Notes under the pieces: generated by a model
Databases searched by the model: none
What the model was told of the DNA's origin: nothing
Seen by the model: only the letters and a program-made list of their open reading frames with translations
From: a virus
Direction: 5' to 3' (one strand)
Virus record (IMG/VR): IMGVR_UViG_3300025405_000009
Span: 96,001 to 160,000 of that record
DNA length: 64,000 nucleotides
Shown: positions 28,191 through 39,723 of the stretch, piece after piece
How positions within the stretch are numbered: position 1 is the first letter of the stretch
How the letters are laid out: each line of letters begins with the position of its first letter
Translations under genes and position numbers: made by a program

Positions 28191-29779
28191 TACCCAATAA
28201 ATACAGCACGAATATAAGAAACATTCTTAACGCCCCATGAATTTTGTTGAATAATATTTCCATTATTATCGTATAAATTTTGCATGTCAGCAAATAGAGT
28301 TGCGGCTGTAGTGTTATTATTATGAATACCAGGGTTTGTTTGTGGGTACGCTGCAGACGAACCAGGAGCTCCATTATAAAAATATGTGCCGTTTTGTGAA
28401 ACAGGATCTTGTCCCCATGCATATATACCCTTATAATTAGGAAGATAATTAGGAGGTGAACCTGCTGTTGCTGAACTTGTAAATCCGAACTCATTTCTCG
28501 GTCCATCTTGACCATATTTTGCTGCTCCGGTTTGCCAGCCATTTAATTCAAACCAACCATTACCAGGTGTTGCAAATAAAAATGTTTGTAACCCAAAAAC
28601 TGTAGTAGTATTTGCAGGCATGTAGTAATAAGAACGTAGATACACTTCTTGACCTTGAGAATACGATGGTATTCCCTCCCACGCTGCTACATCAAGAACA
28701 CTTAACGGGCGAGTTGCAGTTGTATACGCTCTGTATGGTGGAGATAATAATGGAAAAGATCCTGTAACATTAGTCCAGCTAAGTTGATCAAAGGCACTAG
28801 GTGTTGTTGTAGTAAATGTACCTAATCTTGCCCAATTAGTAGTTGCGTTGGCACCCATTCTAACAAAAAGTCTGCCCTCTACATATACCATACGCGGACG
28901 ACTACCAGTTGTGACAGACACTCTTAAAGGATTACTTCCTGAATCTGCCATTACGTTTTGCCACATATTAGAAAAACCTGCTGTACCTTTAGAACAATCT
29001 ACACCATAAACAAAACTCGTTTCTTTATAAAATGTTGTTCCAATATCATTTATATCATACTGAGCATTATATACACTTGACGAAAGTGTTGTAATTTGTG
29101 ATTGTAACGGTGATCCATCAATTATAAAATTATATGGATCTGATCCAATGGTAATGCCATTGGATCCACTAAGATTCATCCCTCGTACGACACTAGCCGG
29201 TACATTACTACCAAGACCAACTATTTGATTATTAAGAAGAGGTACGCTTGTAGCTTTACCTGTTTTAACAGTATCTGTATTAGCAAGAATACTACTTGGA
29301 TTAACAGCTGTTACAATCTGTGTTGTTGTATTCCAGTAGCCACTTGTAGTTGAAATTAAATTTATAGCAGAAGCTATAGAGGCAACACCACTGGATAATA
29401 AAAGTGTATTTACACTCCATATACCATTATTATTTTTTAATGTATTATTATCAGCTTGAAAGTAATTAGCAGCAGGGGACCATGTATTTGCACTTGTGTA
29501 AGTATACAATGTTTGTACTTTTGAAGCATCAAAATCAAGAACTATATCACCAACTTGAGGTGATGTAACACTATTGCGACCACTAGGTACATAATTAAAA
29601 TTTCTCACTCCAACAGGGTTACCTCCCAACGTAATACCGTCACCTACAAACAATCTAGTTGTATCAGTAGTATAGCCTAACTCACCTTGCGAAAAAATAA
29701 CATTAGTTTTTCTTTGACTATCAGTTCCATTACGAACTATAATCTTAACTACTGTGTCTGTTGTTATTGTAATTGCCAT
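28190..29779 (-). CDS. Tail fibre/receptor-binding protein with Mtd-N/hyaluronidase-like N-terminus
   Basis: KIIVRNGTDSQRK...FSQGELGYTTDTTRLFVGDG.TLGG. Confidence 0.7.
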   Translation of the reverse strand: MAITITTDTVVKIIVRNGTDSQRKTNVIFSQGELGYTTDTTRLFVGDGITLGGNPVGVRNFNYVPSGRNSVTSPQVGDIVLDFDASKVQTLYTYTSANTWSPAANYFQADNNTLKNNNGIWSVNTLLLSSGVASIASAINLISTTSGYWNTTTQIVTAVNPSSILANTDTVKTGKATSVPLLNNQIVGLGSNVPASVVRGMNLSGSNGITIGSDPYNFIIDGSPLQSQITTLSSSVYNAQYDINDIGTTFYKETSFVYGVDCSKGTAGFSNMWQNVMADSGSNPLRVSVTTGSRPRMVYVEGRLFVRMGANATTNWARLGTFTTTTPSAFDQLSWTNVTGSFPLLSPPYRAYTTATRPLSVLDVAAWEGIPSYSQGQEVYLRSYYYMPANTTTVFGLQTFLFATPGNGWFELNGWQTGAAKYGQDGPRNEFGFTSSATAGSPPNYLPNYKGIYAWGQDPVSQNGTYFYNGAPGSSAAYPQTNPGIHNNNTTAATLFADMQNLYDNNGNIIQQNSWGVKNVSYIRAVFIG

Positions 29780-29782
29780 ATA

Positions 29783-30211
29783 TTATATTACACTTAATGT
29801 ATTTGGTAGAACTGATGTATTAATCCATAATGACCCTGTAGACAATCCACCAGATACTGTAGGTAAAATTGTACGAGCATTGTATTGTGTTAGTATCGGT
29901 AATATTGCGTAATTAGCAAAATTCGTACCTGGTGTACTGCTCAAATAATAAAAACAAGTAGTATTAGTATCATAAACTATATCATTTAACTGTACATACT
30001 GACATGTTTGATTAATAAAACTTTGAGATATACTATTAATAGTATAGAATTTGATAGCTGGACATATACCACCTACTGTTGAACCATCACCAACAAAGAG
30101 ACGTCCAGAGTCGATAGTAAATCCTAACTCACCCTGATCGAGGATAATTTGCTGACGTTGAGCATCAGTTCCACGTCTGACTTTAACCTTTACTATTGAT
30201 ACATTAGCCAT
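29783..30211 (-). CDS. Short Mtd-N/hyaluronidase-like tail protein (paralog of the downstream gene)
   Basis: KVKVRRGTDAQRQQIILDQGELGFTIDSGRLFVGDGSTVGG. Confidence 0.7.
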   Translation of the reverse strand: MANVSIVKVKVRRGTDAQRQQIILDQGELGFTIDSGRLFVGDGSTVGGICPAIKFYTINSISQSFINQTCQYVQLNDIVYDTNTTCFYYLSSTPGTNFANYAILPILTQYNARTILPTVSGGLSTGSLWINTSVLPNTLSVI

Positions 30212-30240
30212 TGTAATTATTTATGAAGATATACTAATTA

Positions 30241-31866
30241 TCAATTAATATATATTGGGATATTTAAATCAGGTGCTACCCTAACATCTAATTGCAGTGT
30301 ATTAAAAATTGAAACTTGTGCATCAAAAATAATTTTTAAACAACGATTAAGAATAGTATTTTGAAAAATTTCATTGCAACCAATAAAGTTTATTACATTT
30401 TGATCAAATGTTGCGTCAATCATCTCTTGCGAAGTTAGATAGCGTGTACCTTGAAAAATAAGAGTACCTCTAGTATCAGGCTCGTATAAAAATTTACTAT
30501 AAATGAGATCACGAAGACGAGTATGATTAATTATTAATTTTGCGAGTGATTTATTAAACACCCAATTCTGTACATATTCATCTGTATTAATTTGCAACGA
30601 ACTTAACGGATAAACATCAAAATTGTCTGTTACAAGAACAGTATCAAGATTTATATTATCGTAGTACACGCCAAATTTACCAGCATTATTATACGTACTA
30701 AAAATAACATTATTATCATTATTCTGAGTATTAACAATAGAAGTAAACGCTTTTATATTTTCTGATACAACGTTAAATCTGTAAAATAAATAACTACCTA
30801 TTGTATCTTGTATTGAACTGTAGAATTTTTTATAAACATTTTTATTTGTCACAAGATAAAAAATATCTGCATTTGTAGTAGACGTAGTTATACTCTGATA
30901 ATACTCGCCATCAGGCAATAACGGTAATAATGTTGCAGTAGATGATGTAAAAATGCTGTTATATCCAATAAGTTTGTTATTATTGGTTAATACGTAGACA
31001 TTGCCACTATTATTAACAGATATATCAATTGGATAATTATTATTAAAATCTCTAAACAATCTATGGGTTGTTATCCAATTAAAATCAGTGTCATACTGCT
31101 TAATGCAACCATTACCCGAATCGAGTACATATAAATTTGAATTATATATTGCAAGACTTTCCGGCTTATTATACAATAAAGCATTATCATATGTACCACT
31201 ACCACCTATACTTCTTACATAGACCAATTTATTAGCTAATACATTATTATTTGTTAAAAACCCTGTTGCGTTAAATTGATGTATTAAATTAGCACTTAAG
31301 TCAACAACATACAAGTAATTTGTATTTGGATCGAGTACAATTTTATTAATACCTGTAAAATAAACATTTGAAAATAAAGCAGTAGTATTTGTACTAAGGG
31401 CAACTGATACATTTTGTAAATTTACATCACCCGTTAATGCAACAAGGTCAGTACCGGAAGAAGTAAAAAATGTATAATAGTTTGGACTAACAGATGTATT
31501 TAAACCACCAGTTATAACTGAAGTATTATCGAGATTTGAGTAACCAGTTGTTGATAACGGAGAAAATTGACTTGATGAAATAAATTGAGAAGTTGTATAC
31601 CAACTTAATTGCGTATTTGGTAGAATATTACCTACAAATCCAATGGATGAAATAGGAATAACATTTGATGCTACATTACTATAGCGATATAACTGAATAT
31701 AATTACTATATAGCTTGTTAAACGCGTTATTAATAACAGCAGTAGTTACAACATCATTTTCTGCAATAGATATTGCTTCAAATCCTGAATAAGGTAAAGT
31801 TAATGATGTATGAAGCGTACGGTCATATACTGTTCCAACTTGACTGGCTATGTCTGCTATATTCAT
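30241..31866 (-). CDS. Structural protein with NHL/beta-propeller repeats
   Basis: YLYVVDLSANLIHQF, KPESLAIYNSNLYVLDSGNGCIKQYD, PIDISVNNSGNVYVL. Confidence 0.6.
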   Translation of the reverse strand: MNIADIASQVGTVYDRTLHTSLTLPYSGFEAISIAENDVVTTAVINNAFNKLYSNYIQLYRYSNVASNVIPISSIGFVGNILPNTQLSWYTTSQFISSSQFSPLSTTGYSNLDNTSVITGGLNTSVSPNYYTFFTSSGTDLVALTGDVNLQNVSVALSTNTTALFSNVYFTGINKIVLDPNTNYLYVVDLSANLIHQFNATGFLTNNNVLANKLVYVRSIGGSGTYDNALLYNKPESLAIYNSNLYVLDSGNGCIKQYDTDFNWITTHRLFRDFNNNYPIDISVNNSGNVYVLTNNNKLIGYNSIFTSSTATLLPLLPDGEYYQSITTSTTNADIFYLVTNKNVYKKFYSSIQDTIGSYLFYRFNVVSENIKAFTSIVNTQNNDNNVIFSTYNNAGKFGVYYDNINLDTVLVTDNFDVYPLSSLQINTDEYVQNWVFNKSLAKLIINHTRLRDLIYSKFLYEPDTRGTLIFQGTRYLTSQEMIDATFDQNVINFIGCNEIFQNTILNRCLKIIFDAQVSIFNTLQLDVRVAPDLNIPIYIN

Positions 31867-31867
31867 G

Positions 31868-34800
31868 TTAATTTATCCAATTAATTTTATTAATTTGTGA
31901 ATATACAGGAGCTGTATTATTAAGCTCTGTTAAAATTCTTGTTTGAAGTGCTTGCTGTAGAGAAGGATCAGTTATACCAGTATTTATGATATTTAAATTA
32001 TATAAAGTAGATTTTGAACCCGGTACTGTTGCTTTAAAGTATCTTTCAATTTCTTCAACATAATTTCTACGACCACAAGGTATATCTACTACAAGATCCT
32101 GTATCATCATACCCTGACGGGTAAGACTCATTATATCAAAATCATTTAATGATGTATTATACAGATTATAATTAGTAATAGTTAAATTATTAACTAAATA
32201 ATTTTTATTTTTAAGGTATTTAAATAGTGGTACATTATTTTTGAATGTAGCAGTACCAAACATAAATGGTCGTTTAATTAAATTACTAAATTTATATTTT
32301 CTCGGTTGAAAATAAGTGTTACCCACTTCTTGCCCGTCAATAAAAAGTGTCATCTCACCGTGATAACTATCAAAACGTACGGCAAAATGGTGTGGCCCAG
32401 GATCGAGACCTGACAGTGAAGTAATTATTTCGGTAGTAAGTGTATCGGCACTATTATAAACATTAGTTAATACTGCTTTTACGTTTAAATTAGCGTCACC
32501 ATATACAGCATGGACATAATTCTGTATGTAATTATCGTTAGTAGTGCTATCAAAGTTAAAATTAACAGGTGTATCTACAATTGTATTCGATATAACACCA
32601 CCGGTTAACGCTATAACATTTATTTGATACCCTGATAATGATGTATTTGGATTATATCCATTACGAGCTACAACAACCGTTTGACTTAATCCTGTTGGAG
32701 TAATATCATTTAATATATTAATGGTATTATTACTATATGTATCAATAGAAATTGTTGTATTACCAGATATATTATATCCTAACCCTGGAGCTGTATTAAA
32801 AATAATTTGATTATTACCAATTGTATAATCGAGATTAGGTTTATACGTACCGCTATACTGTACTGTATCTAATGAATAGATATTTGCAGCTATAATAACA
32901 CCTTGTGAATTAATAATTGAAGATATAGCACTTAAAGTTGTTGTATATTGATAATTTAAACTGTAATCAGAAGGATTTAACGAATAACCATTACCTGTAA
33001 GAGTAAAAGTAGTTGTTATACCATCTCCAACGAAATTAAATGGTATTATTTGCGTACTATTTGGACTAAAAGAGCCGGATAATAATAATGCTCTACTAGA
33101 TGAATATGCATAATAGTTTTTTTGACTATCTAATATCCAAATATTATTATTAAAATCAAAATTGTAATCAGCAAATGCTGAATAAGATTTAAACGCAGTA
33201 GTAACCTGTAAGAGTGTAGTATCCCATTTTAAAATTGAGGTATAATCAGGTGATAGATAATATATAAATCCATTATTTAAACGTGCCTGATCACCTAATG
33301 TTAGATATAAACTATTATTATAATAGGTTATTGTATTTGCTGTATCGATATTACATCCAGGGGCATAATATATGTTATTAAACGTTGAAGTTACATCAGT
33401 TAATGTAGCGTTAATAAGGTCAGCTTGCAAAATATTTGTAGTTGTAGGTGAACTACAGAGTATATAACCCGTATCTGCTGTATAATCAAAACTAACAGCA
33501 TATTCTAATAACGGATTTGTTATAGAAATTAAAGGTATATCCGCTACATCATATCTTACAAATGTACCATCATTAAAAATACCATAATAATCACGCATTC
33601 CTTCGAGTCTCATAAACCCAAGAGGTGTTGAGGTGTAGTTAATTGTTTTTAGTGGTGTCAAACTAGTGTTTAAAATGTTAAGACTAGTTAAACCACTAAC
33701 AAATAAGGTGGGTGTAATGTTATTAGTATTAAAAATACCAAATCCATCATGCACAAAATTACCAGCTAATTGATATCCAAGAGGTTTTTGCCAATTTGTA
33801 CTATTACCGTAAAAAGATAATGTAAATTGATTAGATAAATCAATTGTAGAAAGAGAATTACTAATAGTGTATTGGTTACCATTGAATATAAACTCATTTG
33901 CTGTTAATCCAGCTGGTAGTACATTACTGTCATCGGTTTTTAAATACGCTGAAAAACTATTATCCACCAAATACGGATTAAAGGACTGAATATACTGGTT
34001 AATATAACTATTACCTATGTGTTGATATGCATAATAGGCACCGGGCTCCAGTGTTAGCTGTGATGGTATATCAAATACTGTTATATTACCTATAATACTT
34101 GAAACAGATGATAATAAAGTAGCAAATGATGTAACATAATTAACAGACGCACCGGTAAGTGCAGCTATATAACTAATAGTTGATGGATTATAATATCTAT
34201 CAACCCAAATCGGTTCGGTTATTACATTTGTACTACCTGATAACCAACTACATAAAAATGAACCATTTGTTTCATTAGAAACTGTACCAAATGGTGATGT
34301 ATACTTAGCCGATGCAAGTTTCTTAAAAATCTTATCTGACTTCATCGGGTGATCGCCTGCAATTGCACCTGCCTCAATAAATCCTGCGTTGGCAACATTT
34401 ATATTAACATAGGGATAGAGAAATTGTGGTGTATGAAAGAATGTTGTCTTATCAGCAGGTAAAATTAAGTTGGATGTATAAGCTTGATAACCTAAGCTAA
34501 TATTATCGTCGCCTTTTAACTGATTGGACCCAGTAAACAATTTTTGATACTGTCTTGAGCTAGCATCATCTTCAGTAAAATAATTTGAGCGATTGGCTTG
34601 GAAAGGATTACCGCGACCTTGATATCCTTCAGGGGTATTTGTATTTTTTAAAGATAAAAGATTAACGTTAAGTTGACCATCTGTTACAACATTATTATAT
34701 TGAGAATTAACTAAAAGATTTGAATTAACTGTTGCTATACTTCTATCAACATTAATATCTTGGGTATTAGTTTTAAAATTGCGTTGATAGCTAACCCAAG

Positions 34801-35566
34801 CATCATATAAGAGTGTATCCGTCTTTGCGCCAGGCTTGGCCATACACAACCAAGCTGCTGTTGGTGGATAGGGAGTATTGCCTCCTTGAACTGGCTTAAG
34901 GAATGCAAGGGTAGGATTTGGACCTGGAGTATAACCTACAAATTCACAAATATTATTGCCTGAAATATCCGTTAAACTTTTTGATAAAATTAATACGTTA
35001 CTATGTTGATCATATGCATAATAAAAAATTTGTGTACTATTTGGACCAAGACTATCTTGTTGACAATCAAATTGAAAAGATAAAAAAGCATCAGTAGCTG
35101 TAAGGTATCTATTTACTCCTTTATAAGAATGTAAGATTTTACAGAATAAATCATCTAAAAACAGTACTTCAAAAAAGCTTCTATTATCCAAATTATTAGA
35201 TACACCTGTTAAGGCGACATTAGCAACACTTTGAGTTATTGCAGGCTCTTCAGTTACAAGAAAACGAGTATTATTATCAATATCTGGTGTATTGTATGTT
35301 GCAAGATATGTACTAAATCCATTAACTGGTAATGGATCCAGAGATTGAATACTAACATTAGATGTTAAAGAATCATAACGTGTAAGATAGAGATTTGAAT
35401 AGTTATTTGTTGTTGTATCTTGTAAGTTACCGTATATTTCTGTTAACGGTAAATTATACCCTTGCTCTGTAAGAAAGAAGGACTGATTTAATGTCACTGT
35501 ATCGTCCGATGCATATGCAGAGGATAAACCGATAAAGTTTGTTGGATTAAATGAGACAACATCCAT
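31868..35566 (-). CDS. Large baseplate/tail structural protein with C-terminal LamG-like domain
   Basis: 1232 aa; HHFAVRFDSYHGEMTLFIDG LamG-like segment; TAAATA upstream. Confidence 0.6.
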   Translation of the reverse strand: MDVVSFNPTNFIGLSSAYASDDTVTLNQSFFLTEQGYNLPLTEIYGNLQDTTTNNYSNLYLTRYDSLTSNVSIQSLDPLPVNGFSTYLATYNTPDIDNNTRFLVTEEPAITQSVANVALTGVSNNLDNRSFFEVLFLDDLFCKILHSYKGVNRYLTATDAFLSFQFDCQQDSLGPNSTQIFYYAYDQHSNVLILSKSLTDISGNNICEFVGYTPGPNPTLAFLKPVQGGNTPYPPTAAWLCMAKPGAKTDTLLYDAWVSYQRNFKTNTQDINVDRSIATVNSNLLVNSQYNNVVTDGQLNVNLLSLKNTNTPEGYQGRGNPFQANRSNYFTEDDASSRQYQKLFTGSNQLKGDDNISLGYQAYTSNLILPADKTTFFHTPQFLYPYVNINVANAGFIEAGAIAGDHPMKSDKIFKKLASAKYTSPFGTVSNETNGSFLCSWLSGSTNVITEPIWVDRYYNPSTISYIAALTGASVNYVTSFATLLSSVSSIIGNITVFDIPSQLTLEPGAYYAYQHIGNSYINQYIQSFNPYLVDNSFSAYLKTDDSNVLPAGLTANEFIFNGNQYTISNSLSTIDLSNQFTLSFYGNSTNWQKPLGYQLAGNFVHDGFGIFNTNNITPTLFVSGLTSLNILNTSLTPLKTINYTSTPLGFMRLEGMRDYYGIFNDGTFVRYDVADIPLISITNPLLEYAVSFDYTADTGYILCSSPTTTNILQADLINATLTDVTSTFNNIYYAPGCNIDTANTITYYNNSLYLTLGDQARLNNGFIYYLSPDYTSILKWDTTLLQVTTAFKSYSAFADYNFDFNNNIWILDSQKNYYAYSSSRALLLSGSFSPNSTQIIPFNFVGDGITTTFTLTGNGYSLNPSDYSLNYQYTTTLSAISSIINSQGVIIAANIYSLDTVQYSGTYKPNLDYTIGNNQIIFNTAPGLGYNISGNTTISIDTYSNNTINILNDITPTGLSQTVVVARNGYNPNTSLSGYQINVIALTGGVISNTIVDTPVNFNFDSTTNDNYIQNYVHAVYGDANLNVKAVLTNVYNSADTLTTEIITSLSGLDPGPHHFAVRFDSYHGEMTLFIDGQEVGNTYFQPRKYKFSNLIKRPFMFGTATFKNNVPLFKYLKNKNYLVNNLTITNYNLYNTSLNDFDIMSLTRQGMMIQDLVVDIPCGRRNYVEEIERYFKATVPGSKSTLYNLNIINTGITDPSLQQALQTRILTELNNTAPVYSQINKINWIN

Positions 35567-35600
35567 GATTACTATTATTTATCAACAAAATAGTGCGCTG

Positions 35601-36245
35601 CTATGCACTTAAAGTTAATGCATGCGTAATATAATTAGGCGAACAAGTTTCAAAAATATTAAGCAACTCATTTGAACTTACACCAACTGATATACTATTT
35701 AAAAGATGTGTATCAGATATCTCGTAAATTGATGACGGAAAGAAAGAAGCTGATATATTGTATATAAAGCTTACGAGATTGCCGTTAATAACAGTAATTG
35801 AGGGTGTATAAGTAGTACCGCTAAGACTCAATGGGTAATAATCGTGACTTATGTTTGTATTACCTGGAGTTTCAAGTAAAGCAACACCAGCAAAACTTTT
35901 ACCTATTGGATAATTTACAGTTTGTTTAGTACCATCACCAAAATTATAAAATATTTTAAAAATACCAAAAAGTGAAGTATCTAATCCTGACGTTGAAAAT
36001 ATAAGTGTATATGGACCTTTTAATGGATTAAGAATTATATTAGTAGTAAAACTTTGAATTATAAATTCCCAAGGAAAAAAAGATCCATCATTATATTGCT
36101 GTAGATATGTGGGAGTTGAACCAAATGAACCACCATCAGCTGCGGCTGAAAGAGTAGAGAGTGGTGTATTAAACGTTAATGAATCAGCAAGACCAGGAAC
36201 GCCTATAAATTGATTACTTGAAAGATTGACAGTGTATGTTCTCAC
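35601..36245 (-). CDS. Structural protein with PKD-like motif
   Basis: FYNFGDGT, SHDY motifs; GTG start after TAAATA. Confidence 0.5.
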   Translation of the reverse strand: MRTYTVNLSSNQFIGVPGLADSLTFNTPLSTLSAAADGGSFGSTPTYLQQYNDGSFFPWEFIIQSFTTNIILNPLKGPYTLIFSTSGLDTSLFGIFKIFYNFGDGTKQTVNYPIGKSFAGVALLETPGNTNISHDYYPLSLSGTTYTPSITVINGNLVSFIYNISASFFPSSIYEISDTHLLNSISVGVSSNELLNIFETCSPNYITHALTLSA

Positions 36246-36257
36246 TGTTTATATTTA

Positions 36258-38666
36258 CTATAGATATACAGGTATATACCCTATATAAGTTCCATTAGCA
36301 TCATAAGCTGATATACGTTTAGAGAAAGTACCGAGAGCACCAGTACCTGTAGTACTAAATGCAGGTTTAGCCATGACGACGGTACCTTGCGAGCTAAGAT
36401 TATTTACAAATGTATAATTAGCCGTTTTTGATACAAGATTTGATCCAAGAGCAAAACTATTAGCTCCACAAACATTATTACCGGATCCACCTGCTACGAA
36501 GGAATTTAATCCGCAAGCATAATTGTAATACCCACCTGCTATAGTTGCGTTAGCAATATTTGTTGGAATAACATTAAAGCTACCACCTGCAATGGTACCG
36601 TAATTACCAGAAGCTGTGTTACAAATACCACCACCAACAAATGATGAATATCCAGAAGCTGTGTTATTGAGACCACCACCTATTATTGAATAACATCCTT
36701 GAGCGTAGTTAGAAGAACCACCAACTACTGCAGAATATGCACTTAATGCAACATTATTTAATCCACCACCTATAAATGAATATATTCCAGAAGTAGAATT
36801 GCTCCAACCACCACCAGTAAATGAATAATTTGCATAAGCATTATTGCTTTGACCACCTACAACTGTAGCACAATTTGCATTAACAAAGTTACATATTCCA
36901 CCACCTATAAAAGATTTTAATCCACCCGCTATATTTTGTATACCACCACCAATCGTTGAAGTATTTGAAGCAGCATTACAGACACCACCAGCTATAGTAC
37001 TATAACAACCGGAAGCTGTATTCAATACTCCACCTCCTATAGTATTAAACGCTCCACAGCACGCAATATTTTGATCATAAACCCATGCAGTTGAGTTTCC
37101 ACCAAAACTTGTAAAATTACCAGGTACAACTACACTCGCACAACTACTATTACATGTAATATTTTGTATAAAAGCAGTAAATGTTTTTGTACTTGATAAG
37201 GCGGGAGCTGCAGTCGTACTTAAAAAAATAGTAGCAATATCATTTTGATTAAAATTACTGCACACTGATGGAGTATTAAAAATAAATGCTGTACAACAAC
37301 CACTACTATGGGCAGATAATTTTGCAGCGTAACTAATAGGATAAGCACCAGCTGCATTAAAGCTGCCACCTCCAATATAAGAAAAGCTTGTATTAACAAT
37401 ATTTGAATTACCGCCACCAATAAAAGAATTACAGCCATTGGATGTATTAAGTGTACCACCTACAATAGCTGAACCATTTAAAGCTGCATTACATAACCCA
37501 CCCCCCACAGTACCGTAATTGCCTGAAGAGGTATTTAAGATACCGCCTCCAATAGTATTACCTATAACAGCTTGATTTAAAGATTGATCATAAATGTATA
37601 AACTATTGGCACTTAAACTTGCAGTATTACCTGATCCTTGGGTACAATAACTAAAATCAGTAGTGCCTGTTGAACCTCCAATTATAAGACAACCTGCAGA
37701 AGCACCTGATCCACTTATTACAGATATAACGGTTGCACAAGTTGAATATAATGCAGATCCTAAATTGTTTATTGAAGTTAAAGAGGGGTTATTTGTAGTA
37801 GTGTAAATTACACCCACAGTATCACCTGTTTTGAATTTTGTAGTAAGACCTGCCCCTTGATTATCAATAATACCGGTACATTTACCATTACCAGATAATG
37901 TACCAATAACTGAGCCTGCATTACTACGGGTTTTAATATTATTAACAAATGCTATAGCAGCACCACCAATATGATTATAACCACCTGTGCCGATAAAATT
38001 ATAACATCCACCAGATATATAATTACCAATACCACCACCTAAAACATTATAGTTACCGCTGTTTGTATTGTTTATACCACCGAGAGTAGTACTGTAATTT
38101 CCACCATATCCATACGGTACACTACTAACAGGAATAATTGTACTAGTATTAATAACAGAATACGGTCCGCGATAACCACCTATGTTAGGATTCCAAGATC
38201 CTGAGTTTAGATAAACCGTTGTTTCTGTGTTTGTCCAACCTGCACTGTTTGTAATAACAGTTGTATTAGCATTTCCAGTAGCGTTCCATGTAGTTAAATT
38301 TGTTGTTACAGTATTATATGTATACTGCCAATTAGCACTGTTGCTGCTTAAAGTTGTAAGTGTGTTATTCCAATTGCCACTTAATGAGGAAAGTGTATAG
38401 TATGTTGAATTCCAAGTACCACTATTGCCACTTAACGTAGTTCCAAGGTTAACAATAGATTTAGTCCAATACGCACTTGTTGAATAAACAGTTGAGTAAG
38501 TAGATTGCCAATTAGCACTATTTGCTGTAAGGGATGTTAGAGCTGCTTGTCCGTAATATGCACTAAAATTTGATATTTGACTTACAATAGTGTTAATGGT
38601 AGCATTAGCAACTAAACCTGTAATTGCAGGTACATTAAGTGTTAGGGTAGCGGCTACTGTAGGCAT
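36258..38666 (-). CDS. Tail fibre protein with SANW repeats and Gly/Cys-rich GGxxN repeats
   Basis: Repeats such as NSANWQSTYSTV and many (F/I)IGGGxxNxA units; C-terminal YDANGTYIGYIPVY. Confidence 0.7.
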   Translation of the reverse strand: MPTVAATLTLNVPAITGLVANATINTIVSQISNFSAYYGQAALTSLTANSANWQSTYSTVYSTSAYWTKSIVNLGTTLSGNSGTWNSTYYTLSSLSGNWNNTLTTLSSNSANWQYTYNTVTTNLTTWNATGNANTTVITNSAGWTNTETTVYLNSGSWNPNIGGYRGPYSVINTSTIIPVSSVPYGYGGNYSTTLGGINNTNSGNYNVLGGGIGNYISGGCYNFIGTGGYNHIGGAAIAFVNNIKTRSNAGSVIGTLSGNGKCTGIIDNQGAGLTTKFKTGDTVGVIYTTTNNPSLTSINNLGSALYSTCATVISVISGSGASAGCLIIGGSTGTTDFSYCTQGSGNTASLSANSLYIYDQSLNQAVIGNTIGGGILNTSSGNYGTVGGGLCNAALNGSAIVGGTLNTSNGCNSFIGGGNSNIVNTSFSYIGGGSFNAAGAYPISYAAKLSAHSSGCCTAFIFNTPSVCSNFNQNDIATIFLSTTAAPALSSTKTFTAFIQNITCNSSCASVVVPGNFTSFGGNSTAWVYDQNIACCGAFNTIGGGVLNTASGCYSTIAGGVCNAASNTSTIGGGIQNIAGGLKSFIGGGICNFVNANCATVVGGQSNNAYANYSFTGGGWSNSTSGIYSFIGGGLNNVALSAYSAVVGGSSNYAQGCYSIIGGGLNNTASGYSSFVGGGICNTASGNYGTIAGGSFNVIPTNIANATIAGGYYNYACGLNSFVAGGSGNNVCGANSFALGSNLVSKTANYTFVNNLSSQGTVVMAKPAFSTTGTGALGTFSKRISAYDANGTYIGYIPVYL

Positions 38667-38710
38667 GGTGTATTAATATTTACGTTAAAAGACATTTTTT
38701 CCATTAAGAA

Positions 38711-39670
38711 TTAGCGAATGAGGATATAATTATCACCTGAAACTAATCCTGCAGTTCCACCAGAAGTTGCTATTATAAGTGGTAATGCACTGAGATATTG
38801 ATTATTAGTAATACTATTAACTGTTGTTATAGTATCACCTACATTTAGGTATGATGACAGTGATGTTAAATTTGATGTGAAAGTAAAATATGAACCTGTA
38901 AGTGTTGTTTGATCTAAACCATAATTCCAAGTTCTATATCCGCTTAAAAATACACCATTAACATTTAAGTTTTGTATTTTAAACTCTGTTACATCTTCAC
39001 CTGTTGCAAATCCTAAGCAACAATAAACACTATCCGGCCACCAAGCAGTAGTCGGTAAAATATAATTTACAAAATTAGAAAATAAGTTATCCGTTGGGCG
39101 CTTCATATCAACGACAACACGTTGACCAAAGTCAGTTAAACGCACACGGATTCTATTATATGTAACAGTGTTTGTATTACCAAAAGAACCAGTATTTGTA
39201 TAAAAAACTGTACTAAAGGGAAATGAGCTACCTGAGACATCACCACTATTATACAAGAAATTATAATTATTGTCGAATGAGTCACGGATTGTTATTGAAT
39301 TCGGTACTGGTACATTCAAACCATTAACTCCAAAATTATTTGTACCAAAATTTCCTGTTATATCAAAGCCAATACCAAGCGCTCCTCGATATACACCAGG
39401 AAATGAACTTAAAGATGCACCACTCAAAGCACTTACACCTTGTACTGGACTATAACATAACCCTGGACCTGGTCCACCCCCAGATATTGCACTCAATGTA
39501 CTAGTAAAGAATACACTAAACCCTTCACCACCGGCAGTACCAGGTCCATAACATGCATAATCAAAAGTTACAACAATATCTTTTGATATATCGAATCCCT
39601 GATTAAGGAATACAACACCTGCATTAGCATTCGGTTCTAACAAATAATTATATGGTAGAGATGTTGGCAT
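38711..39670 (-). CDS. L-type (legume) lectin-like domain protein
   Basis: IVVTFDY..GGEGFSVFF...GGGPGPGLCY...LGIGFDITGNF, VYCCLGFATG. Confidence 0.65.
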   Translation of the reverse strand: MPTSLPYNYLLEPNANAGVVFLNQGFDISKDIVVTFDYACYGPGTAGGEGFSVFFTSTLSAISGGGPGPGLCYSPVQGVSALSGASLSSFPGVYRGALGIGFDITGNFGTNNFGVNGLNVPVPNSITIRDSFDNNYNFLYNSGDVSGSSFPFSTVFYTNTGSFGNTNTVTYNRIRVRLTDFGQRVVVDMKRPTDNLFSNFVNYILPTTAWWPDSVYCCLGFATGEDVTEFKIQNLNVNGVFLSGYRTWNYGLDQTTLTGSYFTFTSNLTSLSSYLNVGDTITTVNSITNNQYLSALPLIIATSGGTAGLVSGDNYILIR

Positions 39671-39723
39671 TACATGAAGTATTTATGAATTAAGTTCAAG
39701 GATCCTACAGATTAAATATCTAT

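Noticed and set aside
28190-30211. Mtd-like genes as a diversity-generating retroelement
   Set aside because: Only the N-terminal Mtd/hyaluronidase-like module is present; no reverse transcriptase and no adenine-mismatched TR/VR pair was found in the window.
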